Shown here piece after piece: positions 21,083 to 34,399 of a stretch of 64,000 bases of DNA; positions within the stretch are counted from its first letter, which is position 1, and each line of letters opens with the position of its first letter. A model generated the notes under the pieces. It searched no databases. It was not told the DNA's origin and saw nothing but the letters and a program-made list of their open reading frames with translations. The position numbers and the translations under genes were made by a program. The DNA lies in contig JAAPAO010000131.1 in NCBI GenBank assembly GCA_013115145.1, positions 2,794-66,793 on the forward strand, read 5' to 3'. Source of the DNA: Perkinsus chesapeaki ATCC PRA-425. Lineage: Eukaryota; Protista; Perkinsozoa.

Positions 21083-24000
21083 ATGTTTACGCCTGAGATG
21101 ATGCAAGCGGCCCAAAATATGATGGCCAATATGACGCCGGAACAAATGGCTCAAATGACCGAAATGGCTAAAAATATGGATCCTAATGTAGCGCCGGCGG
21201 GCCACGAGTTAACCTAAAAAGAATCTTTTAGATGATGCGGAACATGATGGGTGGGCAAGGTATGCCACCAGGCGGAATATCTCGTGACCAAATAGACCAG
21301 GTTGGTGGTCGGTCAAGCTCGATCGTTGCTCTAGGAATCTTATTTAGGCAACAGAGCAAATGCGGAATATGACACCAGAGCAGATGAGGGATGCTATGGG
21401 CCAAGCTCAGAGTCAGCAGGCTAATCAGATGCAGTAATGAGATAGTATGGGGTTTGGGAGGGGATAGTGTAGTTTAAGGTATTATGTGAATGCAACTAAT
21501 ACGTTGAAAGCCGAAGGTAATGCCCTGGTAAAGGAGCAGAAATACAACGAGGCACTTGAAAAGTAAGATGCTATAGTCTAATGGTGGGGTGGTTAGCTCC
21601 GTATCTCATGGTTGTGGGTTCAATTCTGCCTGGGGGTACTTTATCACTAGATACGCTCGTGGTATCGAGAACGTGAAGTCGTACAGCACCCCATCGGTTT
21701 TAACCCTTCAAAAGGCCCTTTACTCTAATGCCGCTCTCTGCTGTCTCAAACTAGAAAAGTAACACCAATCTTATTATTGCCACCATAGATTCCTACTACA
21801 GGTTCCAGGAATGCCGGGATTACTGTGACCATGTGCTAGAGCAGGATCCAAAGGCAGTGAAGGCTCTCTATCGCAGAGGTGCTTCCCATAGTCCCGCTCC
21901 TGCTGCAGGGTTGTGATTACCCCGATTTCAGGAATAGCTTATAGAGAGCTTGAGGAGACAGATAAGGCCTATCTGGATCTATCGGCAGCCGCCCGACTGT
22001 CCCCCAACGATGAGGTGTTAGTAAATGACTTTATGGAGTTCAAGAGCAGTCTACCCGAAGATTATATAGTCCCGAGTGAGGAGAGCATTTCTGATGAAGT
22101 AAGAGCGGTTCAATTTGGCTGACATGCGTTTACACTACTAGATGGTGAGTAATACGTGTGCACTGGACGGTGCAAGGTATAATATTCCGCACAATTCAAT
22201 GCCTTACCTGGCTTCGGTGCATTATATCTTTTTTATCCTTTCCGTTGACATAGTCACTGTAACCAAACGCTATTAGGAAAATACTTAGTTAGTTATACTT
22301 AGTTATATTAGTTATACTAATATTAGGAAAGTTTCTTCAGGAGACCGTCGGTGATAAGGCCTCTCCATCCAATGGCAGCGGCTCGGCTTCTACCACACCT
22401 GGCTCCTCCACTGCTGGCAGCATTGATCCTAGTTTGCAGCGAGAGATGTCGGCTAAGTTGGCATCTGATCCTGAGATGGTGAAAAAGATGCAGGATATGA
22501 TGAAAGATATGTCCCCTGAAGAGGTATCCTTCATGGTGAGGTCCAATGCCAGAAAAGATTCTTTCTAGTTTGATGAGCTCCGTCGAGTCCAGATGAGCGG
22601 TTCAGCTCCTGGGGAATCGGCAGCTGCCAGGAAGTTTGCGGAGAGGCTTCGCAACGAAGACCCTGCATTTGTGCAGAAGATGAAGGATATGGTTGACTCC
22701 CTACCGCAGGATCAGGTAGTACTGGGCGGATAGTAAGGGGACCATGGCCTCAATGCTGCATCGTTTTTGATATTCTCAACTCGCAAATTGAGATCCGAAT
22801 CAGCTTTCTCTACCTGTCTGTAAATGTGCACTATGCAGACTCTGCATAAGCCAGCTCCGTCCAAGCCTTTAAAAGCCGAGTCCGAGTTCATTGCAGAGTT
22901 ACCTTATATAATAATTAATAATGAAATGAATGACATAGACTCGTTTTTGATATCTTTTCTCCCTGCAAGATTCAATATATGTCGTTCAGGTTGACCAAAT
23001 CCGAAAGGCAGCTGCAGGTGGCAGCGCAAGCTCGGCCTCCGCCTCGACTGCAGGTCGGCCAGGAATGCCACCAACTGGAGCTGCCGGGCTGGCTGAGGCA
23101 TCCAGGATGATGAAGGAGAACCCGGATGTTATGAACCAGGTTTGGCAGTTGCTTCTGGGAGGCTTGGATGCTCATCGATCAGATGAGCGATATGATGGCA
23201 GGCATGTCAGATGACCAATTCGAAAGTATGCTTCGAATGTCGGGGATGAGCGCCAGTGCACAGGTAGGCCCGAGTTGGGGAACGAGTGGTAGGTTTTGGG
23301 TAGGATACGGCGGCTATGAGGGAGATGATGCGGAATAAGGATATGATGAAGGCAATGGGAGACATGATGAAGAACATGTCACCGGATCAGCTTAATGCTA
23401 TGTCGGAGGCTGCGGTAATGAGGGAGATCTGGATGGGTCTATCGTGGGTGTCATTCGGATCAAGGATACTGCGACTGGCAGCTGAGTTGCCTGACTTCTT
23501 TCTACAGATGTTCTAGTTTGAAATGGTTCTTGCCATCCATGAGGGCCTTATGGTGAGGCTTCCACGTTCCGTGATGTCAATCGTCTTTACTATTTACTTT
23601 CTGTTCTCCTTCCCGCATATCGTATTGAAGCCGGTCGACGTACAAGTTTTACGTGTAAGTAGACTTGGTTACACATTCCTATCTGAAATCAGATATGGCG
23701 CTGGAAATATCTTCTAAACTTGGTACGCGACCTTTGTCAGCGTGGTAGGGGTGATGAATATCTCGATAGGGATAGCGGACGTCGAGCTAGTTCCTTTTCT
23801 ATCGAATTCTCCTATCCAGTTTTCGAATGATCTGAACATATGGTGTAAAACAGCTAACTTCTTGGTGCCTCAGAAACCCGCCAAAGCATCTTCGTCCGCC
23901 TCATCATCATCTGCTAACCCGGCTGGTGAGGAAGAAGCCCCAGCAGACATGCCCAAGATGCCAGAACATCCCGGCGATATGTTTAAAGATCCTAAAATGT

Positions 24001-24478
24001 TAAAGTCGATGGAGGCTATGATTAACTCCATGCCGGATGACGTCTTGGAGAATCTTATTGCTCAGCAAGCTGGTACCACCCGAAAGCGTATCTTGGAGGT
24101 TGAATGGTATCTTAGGTTCACAAGCGGGCCCTGACGGCGCTCCGTCATCGCTTCCCAAATGGGTTACTGGTCGACGCATCAAGTTCTTCCTGAGAATCAT
24201 CATGAAATTGGCGCGGCTCGTCATATTTATCAGAGTAATATCCATACCCACCGGGCTTAGCTTATGTGGACCTTTTAGAATCTTTTCGCTGCGATGTTCT
24301 CGAGGAGAGGCAAGTACATAATGGCACTGCTGGTGCTTCTTTTTGCTATCTACCAGCAGTACTTCAGCGGGAGCGGTAAAGTGGAGGACGCCCCAGCAGA
24401 CCCCTCCGCCTAAGGAAGCATTCACCCTTGAACAATTGCTGTGCCATCTGGGCCGCCGCTACTGCCATTGCTGTGTGA
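21083..24478 (+). CDS. OEP61/TPR7-like protein: Met-rich STI1-like repeats + TPR clamp + C-terminal hydrophobic tail
   Basis: MFTPEMMQAAQNMMANMTPEQ; TPRs LKAEGNALVK, LYSNAALCCLK, PKAVKALYRR, AYLDLSAAARLSP; repeats DPEMVKKMQDMMK and FKDPKMLKSME. The 3' end is uncertain. Confidence 0.8.
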
Positions 24479-24614
24479 TAGGTGACAGATATTTGAAAAG
24501 AAACATTACTACCAATTTGATAGGAGGTCTGAGTGGTGTTCGGGCTAGGGTAGTTGATCGGGCAGGGATTTAACTTTCCCTTGTGTTTCTCTTTAATGCC
24601 CCTTATATCCAATC

Positions 24615-27600
24615 ATGTACAGTAAAGATGATTCTTCCTTCGGTAATGAGGAATCATGCCTGATTGGTCGATCAAGTCGGAGGTCACAAGAGGTAGTAAG
24701 GGGTGGGTAGTGGGGTAAATAACCGGGAAAGACCTTGGAAGGATGCATAATGCTCTTGAAGGAGGACACAGTGCCATGTCCCGTGTTTGCCCCCAATGCT
24801 TTTATCACTTTTTGAAGTCGTATGGACCTATAATATATATTCCCACTATTTTCTTTATTATTCTTCCTTTTTTGTCTGTTAGCACTTTATATTTCCGTAT
24901 TGACCATGCATTTCTTATTTCCTAGGCCACGAAGCACTCGCCGAGGAGGACCAAGGGACGCCTGTCCCTTTCACCGCGACGGCCATCGGCTGAGCCCACT
25001 AAGATTGGCTCGAATGATGGGGGAGACCGATCGGTACTGGAGTGGTTCCGACAGCTTAGGGCCACATTTGGGTAGGAATCTTTGTCGGGATCTTCGCCGT
25101 GAGGTTAACCTTCAGGAATAAGATTCTCATCTGGATAGTAGTTTCGCAGCATCTTGCGAAAGGCTTGGTCCTCTTCTATATGTTCAGTACTATGGACTAC
25201 CTTCTTCGGTAAGCCCCATCACCCCCCTGCTGGATCAGCTCTTCCTGATAGGTCCTACTGGGTCAGCGGTCCGAGACTTCAGATCCTCTCTGGTATCGCT
25301 TTCATGCCATGGGTGATGAAGCCTATGTAAGACCATCGCTGGTCATACCGACACTTTGTTATTAGTTTCGGAGTTCTCTCCGACATGTGTCCTATAATGG
25401 GCTATCACAAACAACCGTACATCCTTATGGCCACACTGCTGGGCATAGGGGCCTTCGCCCTGTTGTGTGCCAATCCTGTTACCGATGCTCAAGGCAAATA
25501 CCTTCCCTTGGAGGAACGAAGGTTGTCGCTGTCATCGGTAGGCATGATGACTTGGTCCAATGGTCATGCTGTGGGTCCCTGTATAGGTCGTGCTGGCTCT
25601 GTTCACTTGCATGCTCTTCGTAACAGTTCAGAATCTTCTCACCGAGGCTAGGTCACGGGTCAACCTTAGATTCCTCGTGCTTAGATGGCGGGCAGATACT
25701 CTGATTTGTTGCGTAATCAACCCGACGGTGCTGCGCGGATGGTCACCTTCATCCTCTTTGGCAAAAACGGATTCGAGCTCATTGCGGCGGCCACCGTTGG
25801 TGCTATCATTACGAGGTGAACGTGCCCCACTGCATAGCCTCCTCGTAGAGCACTGTGTAGGTATGGCCCCCATGGGCCGTTCTTTCCTTGCCTTATCCCG
25901 GCAGCCATGTTCCTACCGCTTATCGCCTTCAACTTCCTGGGAGAGAGGAAAGTTAGTAAGTTGTGAAGGGCTCAGCGACTTCTTATAGAATGCTTGTAGC
26001 TCGGGAGGACGTAGCGGAGAGCTATGCATCACTGAGACGGCAAGGCTACGGCGAGCTGGTGATGCTGGCGTGTGTGATGCTAGCATGCAGCTCGATTACT
26101 AATGGTATAGGTTTTAAGGAGTAGGACTTGATGGGCTTCTGGAAGGAGGGGACAGTCTTTTGTGTTCAGAGGCCATGTATTGGCTGCGGCGTACACTGGT
26201 TTTATATCCACAATGCTTCTGGTGGTCTTATTCGGTGTCACCCTTACACCGGTCATTGCCAAGTTCACAGTGTACTCCATTATACAGGTAGATTCATACC
26301 GCTCCTTCCTCTCATCATCATACCTATTAGGCATCTCTAGCGGTGTCTATAGAAGGAGGCGCTTTCTATTTCTTCACCGATACAGCTGAACAGTTCCCCG
26401 GTGGTCCCAACTTCTCCCCTGTCTACTACACCACAGTAAGCCCCCCTCCCCTCCGCAGCTTACCCAGCCAGCCCCCTCAGGTCCTCGGCGTGGTCTCCAA
26501 TGCTTTCTCCATACTGGGGGTGGTGGTCTATTGGCTCTACATGCGTGATTGGACCTTCCGAAGCCTCCTTACGCTGGCTAATGCTCTCCACATGACTGTC
26601 GCACTGTTACAGGTAACCATTTTCACTGTTGGAAATGTCAGCTTGGAATCCTTTTCACCGAGCCCCGAACTTCCCATAGAAAATACACTCTTCACTCGTG
26701 CAAGATATGGAAAAAATCCGGAAAATTTTCGGAAATTTTCCAAAGAAAAAACTTCCTTCACCAACGCATGCATGTTGCCTCTCAGACGTTCGTATTTCTC
26801 CGCTGGAACCTTGCCATGGGCATCTCCGACAAGCTCTTCGTCCTAGGTGGCACTGCCATGCTGGAGGTGTGTCTGGCGGATGCCAATCTACTCGGCAGGC
26901 AGTTTGAGAGTTTAGGTCACTCGACAGTGGATGTGGATGCCCTCCCTCATCCTCACCTCGAAGCTCTGCCCTGCCGGTATGGAGTCCACTATGTTCGCGC
27001 TCCTCGCTGGCTGTGCTAGTGCTGGTTATACCATGGTAAGGGCCGGCTATAGACGGCAGTGAGGGGTAGAATGGATGTGTTAGGCTAAGTACATTGGGGC
27101 GTTCGTGCTACATGAGCTCAACATACGCCCTGTTGGAGCTGTTAATGAAGGCCACCAATTCGATAAGTAATCGTCGCCGCCGCTGCATCTCAGGATCGCG
27201 AGACTAGTAGAAGCCTGTACCTTACTCTTGCGAAAGATATACCTTACAGCTACGTGACAACTAATTTTTTCAGCATTCTTATTATCCCTAAAAGTAGTTG
27301 TTGCTCTTTCTTTAGCCTGTGGAAGGCTGCACTGCTCTCGGCAACCTGCCCTTTGGTCACTCTATTCCTCCTCCCCATGTGCATCCCCAATGCGCGCCAA
27401 TCAGAAGACCACTTGTCATTGACGCCAGGCGACAGCGTGGTAATGCTACTACTATATAGGCTTTGCAATATGCTCCTACTAGGTGAAGGGGTCGCTATGG
27501 AGAAGGCTGAGAGGCCATAATGATAACCTGGATGTTGATACCGACAACTCCGACACCGGCTCCACCACCGAGTCCAGCGACACCGTCAAGGGTAGCGGTG

Positions 27601-27638
27601 GTTTGCTAGGTCAAACCGGTACTGGTTGCTACTGTTGA
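24615..27638 (+). CDS. Folate/biopterin transporter (BT1/FBT family, MFS)
   Basis: IAFMPWVMKP, LSDMCPIMGYHKQPY, FYFFTDTAEQFPGGPNFS, RWNLAMGISDKLF, SKLCPAGMESTMFALLAG. Confidence 0.9.
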
Positions 27639-27769
27639 CAGGTTCATAGCCTATTTAAAGGCTTTTGCGTTTATATTATTAAGGACAAGGATGCTTCATG
27701 AAAGCATTTGGCTTTACCAGTTGTCGTTGATGTTATAATAATGTCACTTGTTGAATTAAGTGCATAAAA

Positions 27770-27790
27770 GGGGGGTTGCCGGGGATCGAA
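27770..27790 (-). tRNA. Probable 3' end of a tRNA gene (T-loop, acceptor stem, Pol III terminator) truncated by the gap; isotype unknown
   Basis: The minus strand reads TTCGATCCCCGGCAACCCCCC followed by TTTT. Only 21 nt are visible. Confidence 0.4.
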
Positions 27791-27889
27791 NNNNNNNNNN
27801 NNNNNNNNNNNNNNNNNNNNNNNNNNNNNNNNNNNNNNNNNNNNNNNNNNNNNNNNNNNNNNNNNNNNNNNNNNNNNNNNNNNNNNNNN
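27791..27889. other. Assembly gap (99 N)
   Basis: Run of N. Confidence 1.
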
Positions 27890-30800
27890 CAGTGATGTCG
27901 ATCCTAACTGGTTTCTAGAGTTCCATGACGTCCACGTTGGTGCCCCGAGCTATCGAGGTGTACTTCAACATGTACAGACAACACCTATGATGTGTAGGAT
28001 CCGAGACATGACGGTAAGATATGCTAACTCTTGGCATCTGTGGCGGTGGACGTGGGAGACACTGCTCCTTCCATGCGTGATAGAGTCTAGTGCCATCTGT
28101 CGTTGAATTGCCGAAAGATATCTTGGCTCAAAAAGTCGAGTTATGTGAGTGGGGTGTGTCCCTTCTCATCATGCTCCCATGAATTTCAGAAATTTGCTCG
28201 AAATGGCGTGGCAAATATATTCGCTCAACTCCCTCTATCACATAGCTTAGTCAGTTCTCGGGTTTTCTTCCGCACTCTAGCCGTACCAAATCATACCCGC
28301 ATCACAGCTTGGCATTTCTTCAAGAGCTTCTGCTTCCGCAGCAGCGCCCTGTCTTCATAGTGTAACATCGTTATGCACACACCACTTCCCGAAAGAGTGC
28401 CCGTATACAAAGTATTTTTGTCATCACTGCTGCATGTCATCGAAATTCTCCTCAGTACGCCAGTGATATCCTGGTTGATATATCATACGTTCGCGGCCGG
28501 GAAGTAGTACGTAAAAACGGGGTGTGTATCGGTCGATTGCCGGTCATGCTTCGATCGAAGCTTTGCCGCCTGCATGATGCCACTACAGAGCAAATGGAAA
28601 GGATGCAGGAATGCCCGTAGGACCGACCTAGGCATTTTTTCTGACACCTCTAGCTGTCCCATTCAGCCACGATCCCGGTGGATATTTCATCATTAAGGGG
28701 ACGGAGAAGGTGTTGCTGATGCAAGAACAGTTGAGCAACAATCGTATAATTGTGGAGACAGACTCGAAGAAAATGATACAGGCTGTGGTTACCAGTTCAA
28801 CTGCTGATAACAAATCTCGTAAGACGCAAGCTCCACGCGCCACGAAATTGCATGTTCGATCAGGTACTGTGGTGTGTTTTAAATCGGACCTCAGCGGCCT
28901 TTACGTGAAGCATTCTGCGTTTACTGAGCTCATACCAGCAGTGATCATGCTGAGGGCAATGGGGATGGAATCCGATCAGGAAATCGTAAGTATATCATGG
29001 AAAAATGAAACATATTATACGAAGACTTTTCACACACTAGTAAGGATTTCAGTGTGCCCCTGGGAGAGTGTGATTTTTGTATCACCTCCTGAGCAAACTC
29101 GGTGGCCGGTAAGGTCTTGAGAGCGGCATGCAGCACATTGCGATGATCTCTGTGGCTTGCTTAATTTACCCCATATTTTATCTAGATTGGCTCCGCTGCT
29201 GCTAGTGAGCTCTTTAGGTTCAAATGGTTGGTACCGAGAAGTGTCACGTGGATGGTATGATCCTGAGTCTGCAAGATGCCCACGCTACAGGCGTATTCAG
29301 CCAGCAGCAGGCTCTGGAGTATCTTGGTAACAAACTGAAGATACGAAGTAGGTCGATAGGATCCCCTTGCGAATGTTTATCAACCCGCTCACAGGCTCCG
29401 CTGGAAGCACACCGGGTGGAGCTGATGCCACCGAAAGGAAGATGGGAGAGGCACTTGAGGTTTTGGTAGGCTTGAGAATATCGCTTGAATTCGTGCACAC
29501 GTTCTCACCAGGTCCGCCAAGTTCTGTCGCATATTTCTGTGTATGCTGATGGCAGCTTCAGCTCGGCCTTTGACCAGGATAAGGGCGGAGCTAGTAAGCC
29601 GTTGGACTTCAGTGGAAAATGCCGCTTTCTCTGTTTAATGATGCGACGGGTAGGTTGATAGGCGTATCTTTGCGCACTGTGAAGGTTTTGTTTATCAGGC
29701 ATTGGATGCTCGTAGCGATTCTACCCTGCTCGATGACCGTGATTACTACGGCAATAAGCGTCTGGAGCTAGCTGGCCAGTTGATTGCACTCCTGTTCGAA
29801 GATCTCTTTAAAAGCATGAACACTGAGATCAAGAAGTCTGTCGACATGCGGCTCACTAAATACTTCCAGCAGGTGAGAAGATCGGCACGTCGTATGAGAG
29901 CTTAGAAGTCCACTGAACTCATTTGTTAAGAAATGAACGTTCGCTATTATTTCGTTCGGCTTCGGTGAGGGGCAACTGTGCGTTTGATCCCAATTGATAC
30001 TATTTTTATATCCATTCTTTCGTATCTTTCTCATCAGGCATCGTCAGCCTCAGCCCGTGCTGGAAGGTCGGTGGTCGGCCCTGATAGTGGCTATCCTGAC
30101 GTGTTGCGTGACATTGACTCTGAGAGAATCACCAGAGGAATGAACAGAGCCATTAGCTCGGGCAATTGGAACATCAAACGTTTCCGTATCGACCGATCAG
30201 GAGTCAGTCAGGTGAGTCCTCCTGGCGGCAGTTCAGCTACCTGCTATACTCTGTACTACACGCGTACGTGTCGCTATATCCATTCGGGGATTCGTTGGCC
30301 ATTTCGGTTGGTCAAACATTCTGTTTAATTGATTAATGTTAATAATGCGGGATATAGATATGCAGTCGTATTGTATTATCTCAAAGATTCACTGCAGTTC
30401 CCCAGTGTTCCCGATTCTCTCACACTGTTCAAGCTCGTGTGACTCTCTTCAGGTGCTTTCCCGTTTCTCCTTCATTGCCGCTCTGGGCGCCATGACCCGT
30501 GTCAAGTACGATGGCCAACTTCCCATGAAGTATCCCCATTTTTCAGATCTCAATTCGAGAAGTCCCGAAAGCTTGCCGGTCCCCGTGCACTACAACCTTC
30601 ACAGTGGGGAATGCTGTGCCCGTCTGATACTCCTGAAGGAGAGCAATGCGGTTTGATTAAAGCATTGTCTTTGCTAGCACACGTCACCACACCTGATGAA
30701 GAGGGGCCTATTAGACGCCTTTGCTACTCACTGGGTAGGTCAACGGTTATTGTAGTGGATATGGCTGGGGCAAGATTTTTTCGCTTGCCTCATTTGTTGT

Positions 30801-33800
30801 GAAACGGTCGATCGATTTCACGATCTCCTTATTTGCTGTCATAAGATTGCCAACGTATAATCTGCGAAGGCTTCAAACCGAAATGCTGAGTATTCGCGCC
30901 GAAACTACTGTTTTAGCGGTTTGCATAACAAACTGGAACATCAAGTGTGCCAAATTGGTAAGATTATTTTGTCCTCATTTACGGATGAAATTTCATATAT
31001 TGATATTTCGTAAGACCATGATCTCCGCAGCTCGCCCGGTGTAACTGAATAGTTCCTCTCTATTCAGGCGTTGAAGATGCTGCCGGTCTGACGGGCGAGG
31101 AGCTCCACTCTACCGGCACGATCACAGTGTTCCTCAACGGTGCCCTCCTCGGTGTCCATCGACGGCCACAGACGTTCATGAGCGATATGAGGGCACTTCG
31201 CCGAAGAGGGAAAATAGGAGAGTTCGTTTCTATTTATGAGCATGAGGCTCAAAGGGCCATCATTATTGCGACGGATGGTGGGCGATTGTGCCGACCGCTG
31301 ATTGTTGTTAAGAAGGGCAGGCCTATGCTAGTGCCAGAGGTGCATTTAAGGAAGCTCAAGTCGGGTGAATTGAGGTAGGCGCTTTCAATAGGATCAGATC
31401 TACTTAGAGCGGGAAGGGAAATAGGTTCTTTGAATCCAGCAAATCATCAATGCCTTCATGGTGTTTACTCGGATCAACCGCAGCTGAGCCGATTTCAACC
31501 GGCTAAGTTGATTCTTATTCTCGTGCACATTCAGTCTCCATCTCTATCGTGAGTGGCCTCCTCAGGTTCACCGATTTCCTTCGACTGGGTATAATAGAAT
31601 GGGTTGATGTTAACGAGGAGAATAACTCTTACATTGCAATCAACCCCGAGGATGTTGTCATGGAAACGACCCATTTAGAGGTAACCTGCCAGGAACCGAA
31701 GGTTAGGGTTGTGCTGTAACGTTCCACTTCCGCAGATCGAACCATTGACGCTTCTCGGTGCCGTGGCCGGCCTGGTGCCGTATCCTCATCACAACCAGTC
31801 GCCTCGTAACACTTATCAATGCGCTATGGGAAAGCAGGCGATGGGGAACATCGCTTGCAATCAGGTGAGGCTTGAGCGAAGTCATTCCTATTCGAATAGG
31901 CGTCATCTTACTGAAGGTTCTTTTTTGCTGCATTTTCTGTACTAGAGCGAAACTTAGTTCGCTGTGTGGTACAGAATTCCTCAGACTGAGCCATGAAGCT
32001 CCGTGACATATTTCTTCAATATGAAATTTACGCACATCTGTTTAGTTCGAGCAACAGCTATGTAACTAATAATAAAGTCTGTCCTGGTGTTGTTATACTT
32101 GCGCGAGAAATCCCTTCTATCAGCGCCCTTTGTGATGGTATCTTTCCTTTTCCTCTTCAGCACCTCCGTACCGATACCCAGCTGCTTCTGTTAACCTACC
32201 CCCAACAACCGATGTGCAAAACCCGGACCATCGATCTTATCGGATATGATAACTTGCCTGCTGGCCACAATGCTAGTGTAGCAGTTATGAGTTACTCTGG
32301 GTAAGTTCACCCACCATTTGCCCGCCTGCCATCTGGCCCGTCCCAGATACGATATCGAAGATGCGCTCATCATGAACAAGGCGTCCATCGATCGTGGTTT
32401 CGGCCGTTGCTGCGTCACTCGGAAATATGTAAGTTCGCCATTCTTCCACTCTGCCTCTTCACCATCTTGTCAGGCGACCCCCCTAGCCCGATCAGCGATT
32501 GGATCTAGTGAAGAGCTTCGGGCACCTCCTGTTATCGGCGGTGGAGGGAAGGGCGGTGGTCGCCATCAGCGTCAAGGAGGATTCGTTGGTCGGGCTAAGA
32601 AGTAAGCTTGTTTTTGTCCGCCCTTTTGGTAGGCGAAGCTCAAGTTAGGCTCTCCAGCCGAGTTCACTATTCCTTTGCTTAGAACTAGGAAGCACCAAAA
32701 CTGAACGGCATTTCTATTTTTTTTACTCGGCTAGCTTGTCATTCGCAATTATGTGACCGTGTTCCGAACTGTTCATCAGGTATGCTATTATCGATGAAGA
32801 TGGTCTGCCATTCGCCGGTGAGCAAGTAATCGACGGCGGCGTCCTGATTAATAAAGTGTCCCCCATGAGCGATGCTGCTACTGGCCAAGTTACACACTGG
32901 CGGGATACACCGATATCGTAGAGGAAATGTTCAACCTTGCTTGGTTGATCGCTCCGATTATTAGATACAAGAATCCTGTGCCATCGTATGTTGATAGAGT
33001 TATTGCCACAGAAAACGAGGATCAAGCTAAGATATTCAAGTGCATCACCAGACAAACCAGACGGCCCGAGCTCGGTGATAAATTCTCCAGGTAAGCGGAG
33101 CGAAGCACGCCTCATTTGCACCAGTTCTTGATTCATCATTAGTCGACATGGCCAGAAGGGTGTTATCGGTCTCATTGTTAACCAAGAAGATATGCCCTTC
33201 GGTGAGAAGGGGTGGTGCCCCGACCTTATCATGAACCCTCATGGTTTCCCAAGTCGAATGACAGTCGGAAAGCTACTCGTAAGTTCCCCGTTGAAAGTTC
33301 AGCTAAATGTCGATTCTTGATTCAGGAATGCGTATCGGGTAAGGCTGGTGTTCTTGACGGTGAGCGATCCTATGGCACTGCGTTCGGTGGCACCACAAAG
33401 AAGCATATGACGGAGTCCTTAATTCGCCACGGTTTCCATCCGAGTGCCAAGGAGTACATCACATCTGGTGTCACCGGAGAGGCTCTCGAATGCTACATAT
33501 TCGTCGGTCCCATTTACTACCAAAAACTGAAGCATATGGTGGGCACTGTATGCCTCATGCTCATACGGACATTTTATCTGATCAGGTTATGGATAAGATT
33601 CATGCTCGATCGACTGGTCCAGTTAACCAACTAACCCGACAGCCCACTGAGGGGCGCGCTAAGGATGGCGGTCTTCGTCTTGGAGAGATGGAAAGAGATT
33701 GCTTGGTGAGATTCGTTACGCATTGTAAAACTGATAGTATGAAGAGTGCATACAGTACACAATTCACTTATTGATGGGTCCAGCATAGTAATAAGACCCA

Positions 33801-34147
33801 TATATAAACATGACATATGGGAACAATGGATATGCTAGTAAAGTGCAGTTCTCCAACGGTATCTTTCAGGTTGCATATGGTGCCTCCAACCTGCTGCTCG
33901 AGCGTCTTATGCTTTCCAGTGATGTCTTCACCGCTTCGGTTTGTCGACGTTGTGGCCTTCTATCGTACCAAAATGGAACTTGCAAGTAAGTAGTTCGCTG
34001 TAGCTCTCCCATCCAGCGTCGTACTTCAGATTATGTGGTACCAGCGAGAACATCGTCGACATCCGAATGCCATACGCCTGTAAGCTGTTGTTCCAAGAGC
34101 TGCAGGCTATGAACGTATGTCCGAGACTAAAAGTTGAATCGAGATGA
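27890..34147 (+). CDS. RPC2: RNA polymerase III second-largest subunit (5' end in gap)
   Basis: [115 protein letters not shown]. These are Pol III-type rather than RPB2-type variants. Confidence 0.96.
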
Positions 34148-34399
34148 TGATTACTATTACGGACAATTTCACCAACGTTGTTTCTACTGTATAACACAGA
34201 GGTTGTGTGAAAGATACAAAATAGGTCAACTTTTGGACACTCTTGTACGTTGGGAAATGGGTTTAAAGCAATGGCAAGGAAGTTTTCCGGTGAAGTTCAG
34301 CCAGTGGCTGACAGCCCCTCTTGCTGAGTAAGGATGCGCCAATAATAGACTTAAAAACTAAACAGTATAAAATAACAAGTAACTAATACACATAAACAT

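Noticed and set aside
26720-26741. Near-palindrome GGAAAATTTTCGGAAATTTTCC in a BT1 intron
   Set aside because: Short and low complexity, with no flanking element or target-site duplication.
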